Source of the DNA: Selaginella moellendorffii
Lineage: Eukaryota; Plantae; Lycopodiophyta
Assembly: GCF_000143415.4 (NCBI RefSeq)
Contig: NW_003314289.1
Location: 773,924 to 837,923 of the forward strand
Length of the DNA: 64,000 bases
Direction of reading: 5' to 3'
Of this stretch, positions 62,976-64,000 are shown piece by piece. Numbering within the stretch: the first letter of the stretch is position 1; every line of letters starts with the position of its first letter. The notes beneath the pieces were generated by a model, which saw nothing but the letters and a program-made list of their open reading frames with translations, was not told the DNA's origin and searched no databases. Made by a program: the position numbers and the translations under genes.

Positions 62976-64000
62976 TAATTGAATTTTGCATAAGTACATA
63001 GAGTTCTGCCTTGCAGAAATTCCTCCACTAGATCTCGCGCGTTCGTTAGGTTCTCCTCCGGTTCCCATGTTGCTTCGCAGTGTGGAAATCCTTTCCACTC
63101 CATGGAACTCTCTCACCTCGCGTCCTTGTCGCTTGCTCTTGCGCGCATTGAGGATGGCCTCGACTTCGTATTCCTCTTCCCCTTGGATAACCTCAGGTAA
63201 AGGTCTCACTTGGTCCTTGCGAAGCGGATCCTCAAAGTACAGCTTGAGTAAGTTCACGTGGAACACTAGGTGCATCTTCCCCATCTCTCGAGGAAGTCGG
63301 AGTTGGTAAGCCACTTTACCGATTCGTGCCTCAATCTCGTAAGGCCCCGCGAACCTGCTTAAGGAACTCAAGATCAATTCATTTACAGGAATACATGCAT
63401 CTTTAGCTTTGGGTCAACTTTCGGCTGATCCCACTTGGTAGTCTGAGGTTCTTGGTGTTCAGCCACACCTTCTCCCCAGCTTGGAACTCTACATCCCGAC
63501 GCTTCTGGTTCGCGTATTTGGTTTGCCTTTGTTGAGCCCGTTCCAAGGAATCCCTCATTAGATTCCAAATGCTGAGTCTTTCCGCCGTGAATGCCTCCAC
63601 TGCGGGCAACTCTCCATGATACTCGGCCACGCCGAGTTCCATAGGACCTTCAATAGCTCGCCCATTGATGACTTCCCATGGACTCACCCCGATACTCGAA
63701 TGTGGTGAGTTGTTATAACACATTTCCGCAAGTCCCAAATGACTTACCCAATCGGTCTGGTCTCCCGAGACATAGCATTGCAAATAATCCTCCAGCTGCC
63801 TATTCACCCTTACCGTTTGTCCGTCTGTCAAGAAGTGTTAGTGCCAACAACTTGACTTAATACCCCATACCTGTCTGTGGGTGATAGGCTATGCTGAATT
63901 TCAACTTGGTGCGATACTGTTCTAGGAGAGTCCTCCAGAACCTACTGGTGAAGATCTTATCTCGATCTGAGATGATCTCTTCCGGTCTTCCCCGTACTCG
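62976..64000 (-). mobile_element. Chromovirus-type Ty3/gypsy integrase C-terminal half plus chromodomain, interrupted by two intron-like inserts; continues beyond the window
   Basis: After removing 63870-63825 and 63406-63355 the frame reads PEEIISDRDKIFTSRFW...FSIAYHPQT/DGQTVRVNRQLEDYLQCYV..DQTDW...AEMCYNNS...KLTQ/RFAGPY...MHLVFHVNLLK...EEEYEVEAIL..., then (frameshift) WKGFPHCEATWEPEENL. Confidence 0.9.

Noticed and set aside
62957-63009. Possible third (GC-AG, ~53 bp) intron after the chromodomain
   Set aside because: Weak donor and AAG acceptor, and no conserved downstream motif to validate its removal.
1-64000. CRISPR arrays, rRNA/tRNA genes and prokaryotic operons
   Set aside because: None seen. 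The window is eukaryotic, and its repeats are LTRs, microsatellites or PPR motifs.

Overview
Plant nuclear DNA, most consistent with a lycophyte (Selaginella-like). This is inferred from the ~45-60 bp introns, PLS-class PPR genes, an axonemal inner-arm dynein intermediate chain (flagellated sperm) and cyanovirin-N-homolog (CVNH) lectins. Two gene-dense, GC-richer blocks alternate with AT-rich islands of decayed Ty3/gypsy retroelements. Block 1 (~3.3-18.7 kb) holds ALMT, PPR, VTE4, PPR, LKR/SDH and a HOTHEAD-like GMC oxidoreductase. Block 2 (~32-48 kb) holds threonine aldolase, a conserved unknown protein, a macrodomain protein, a DEAD-box helicase, WDR78/IC138, a CRK kinase and an HDR1-like gene. 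Main observations: (1) a chromoviral-type integrase+chromodomain frame at the right edge is interrupted by two intron-sized inserts, one a canonical GT-AG intron with a CTAAC branch point inside the YHPQTDGQ motif; (2) four dispersed secreted CVNH lectin paralogs show pairwise cysteine gain/loss, and one is decaying next to LTR insertions; (3) a short-LTR gypsy family with 4-bp TSDs has inserted at least four times; (4) the dynein intermediate chain carries a dense RRxS array. There are three 100-N assembly gaps. All gene models were read by hand and not checked against databases.
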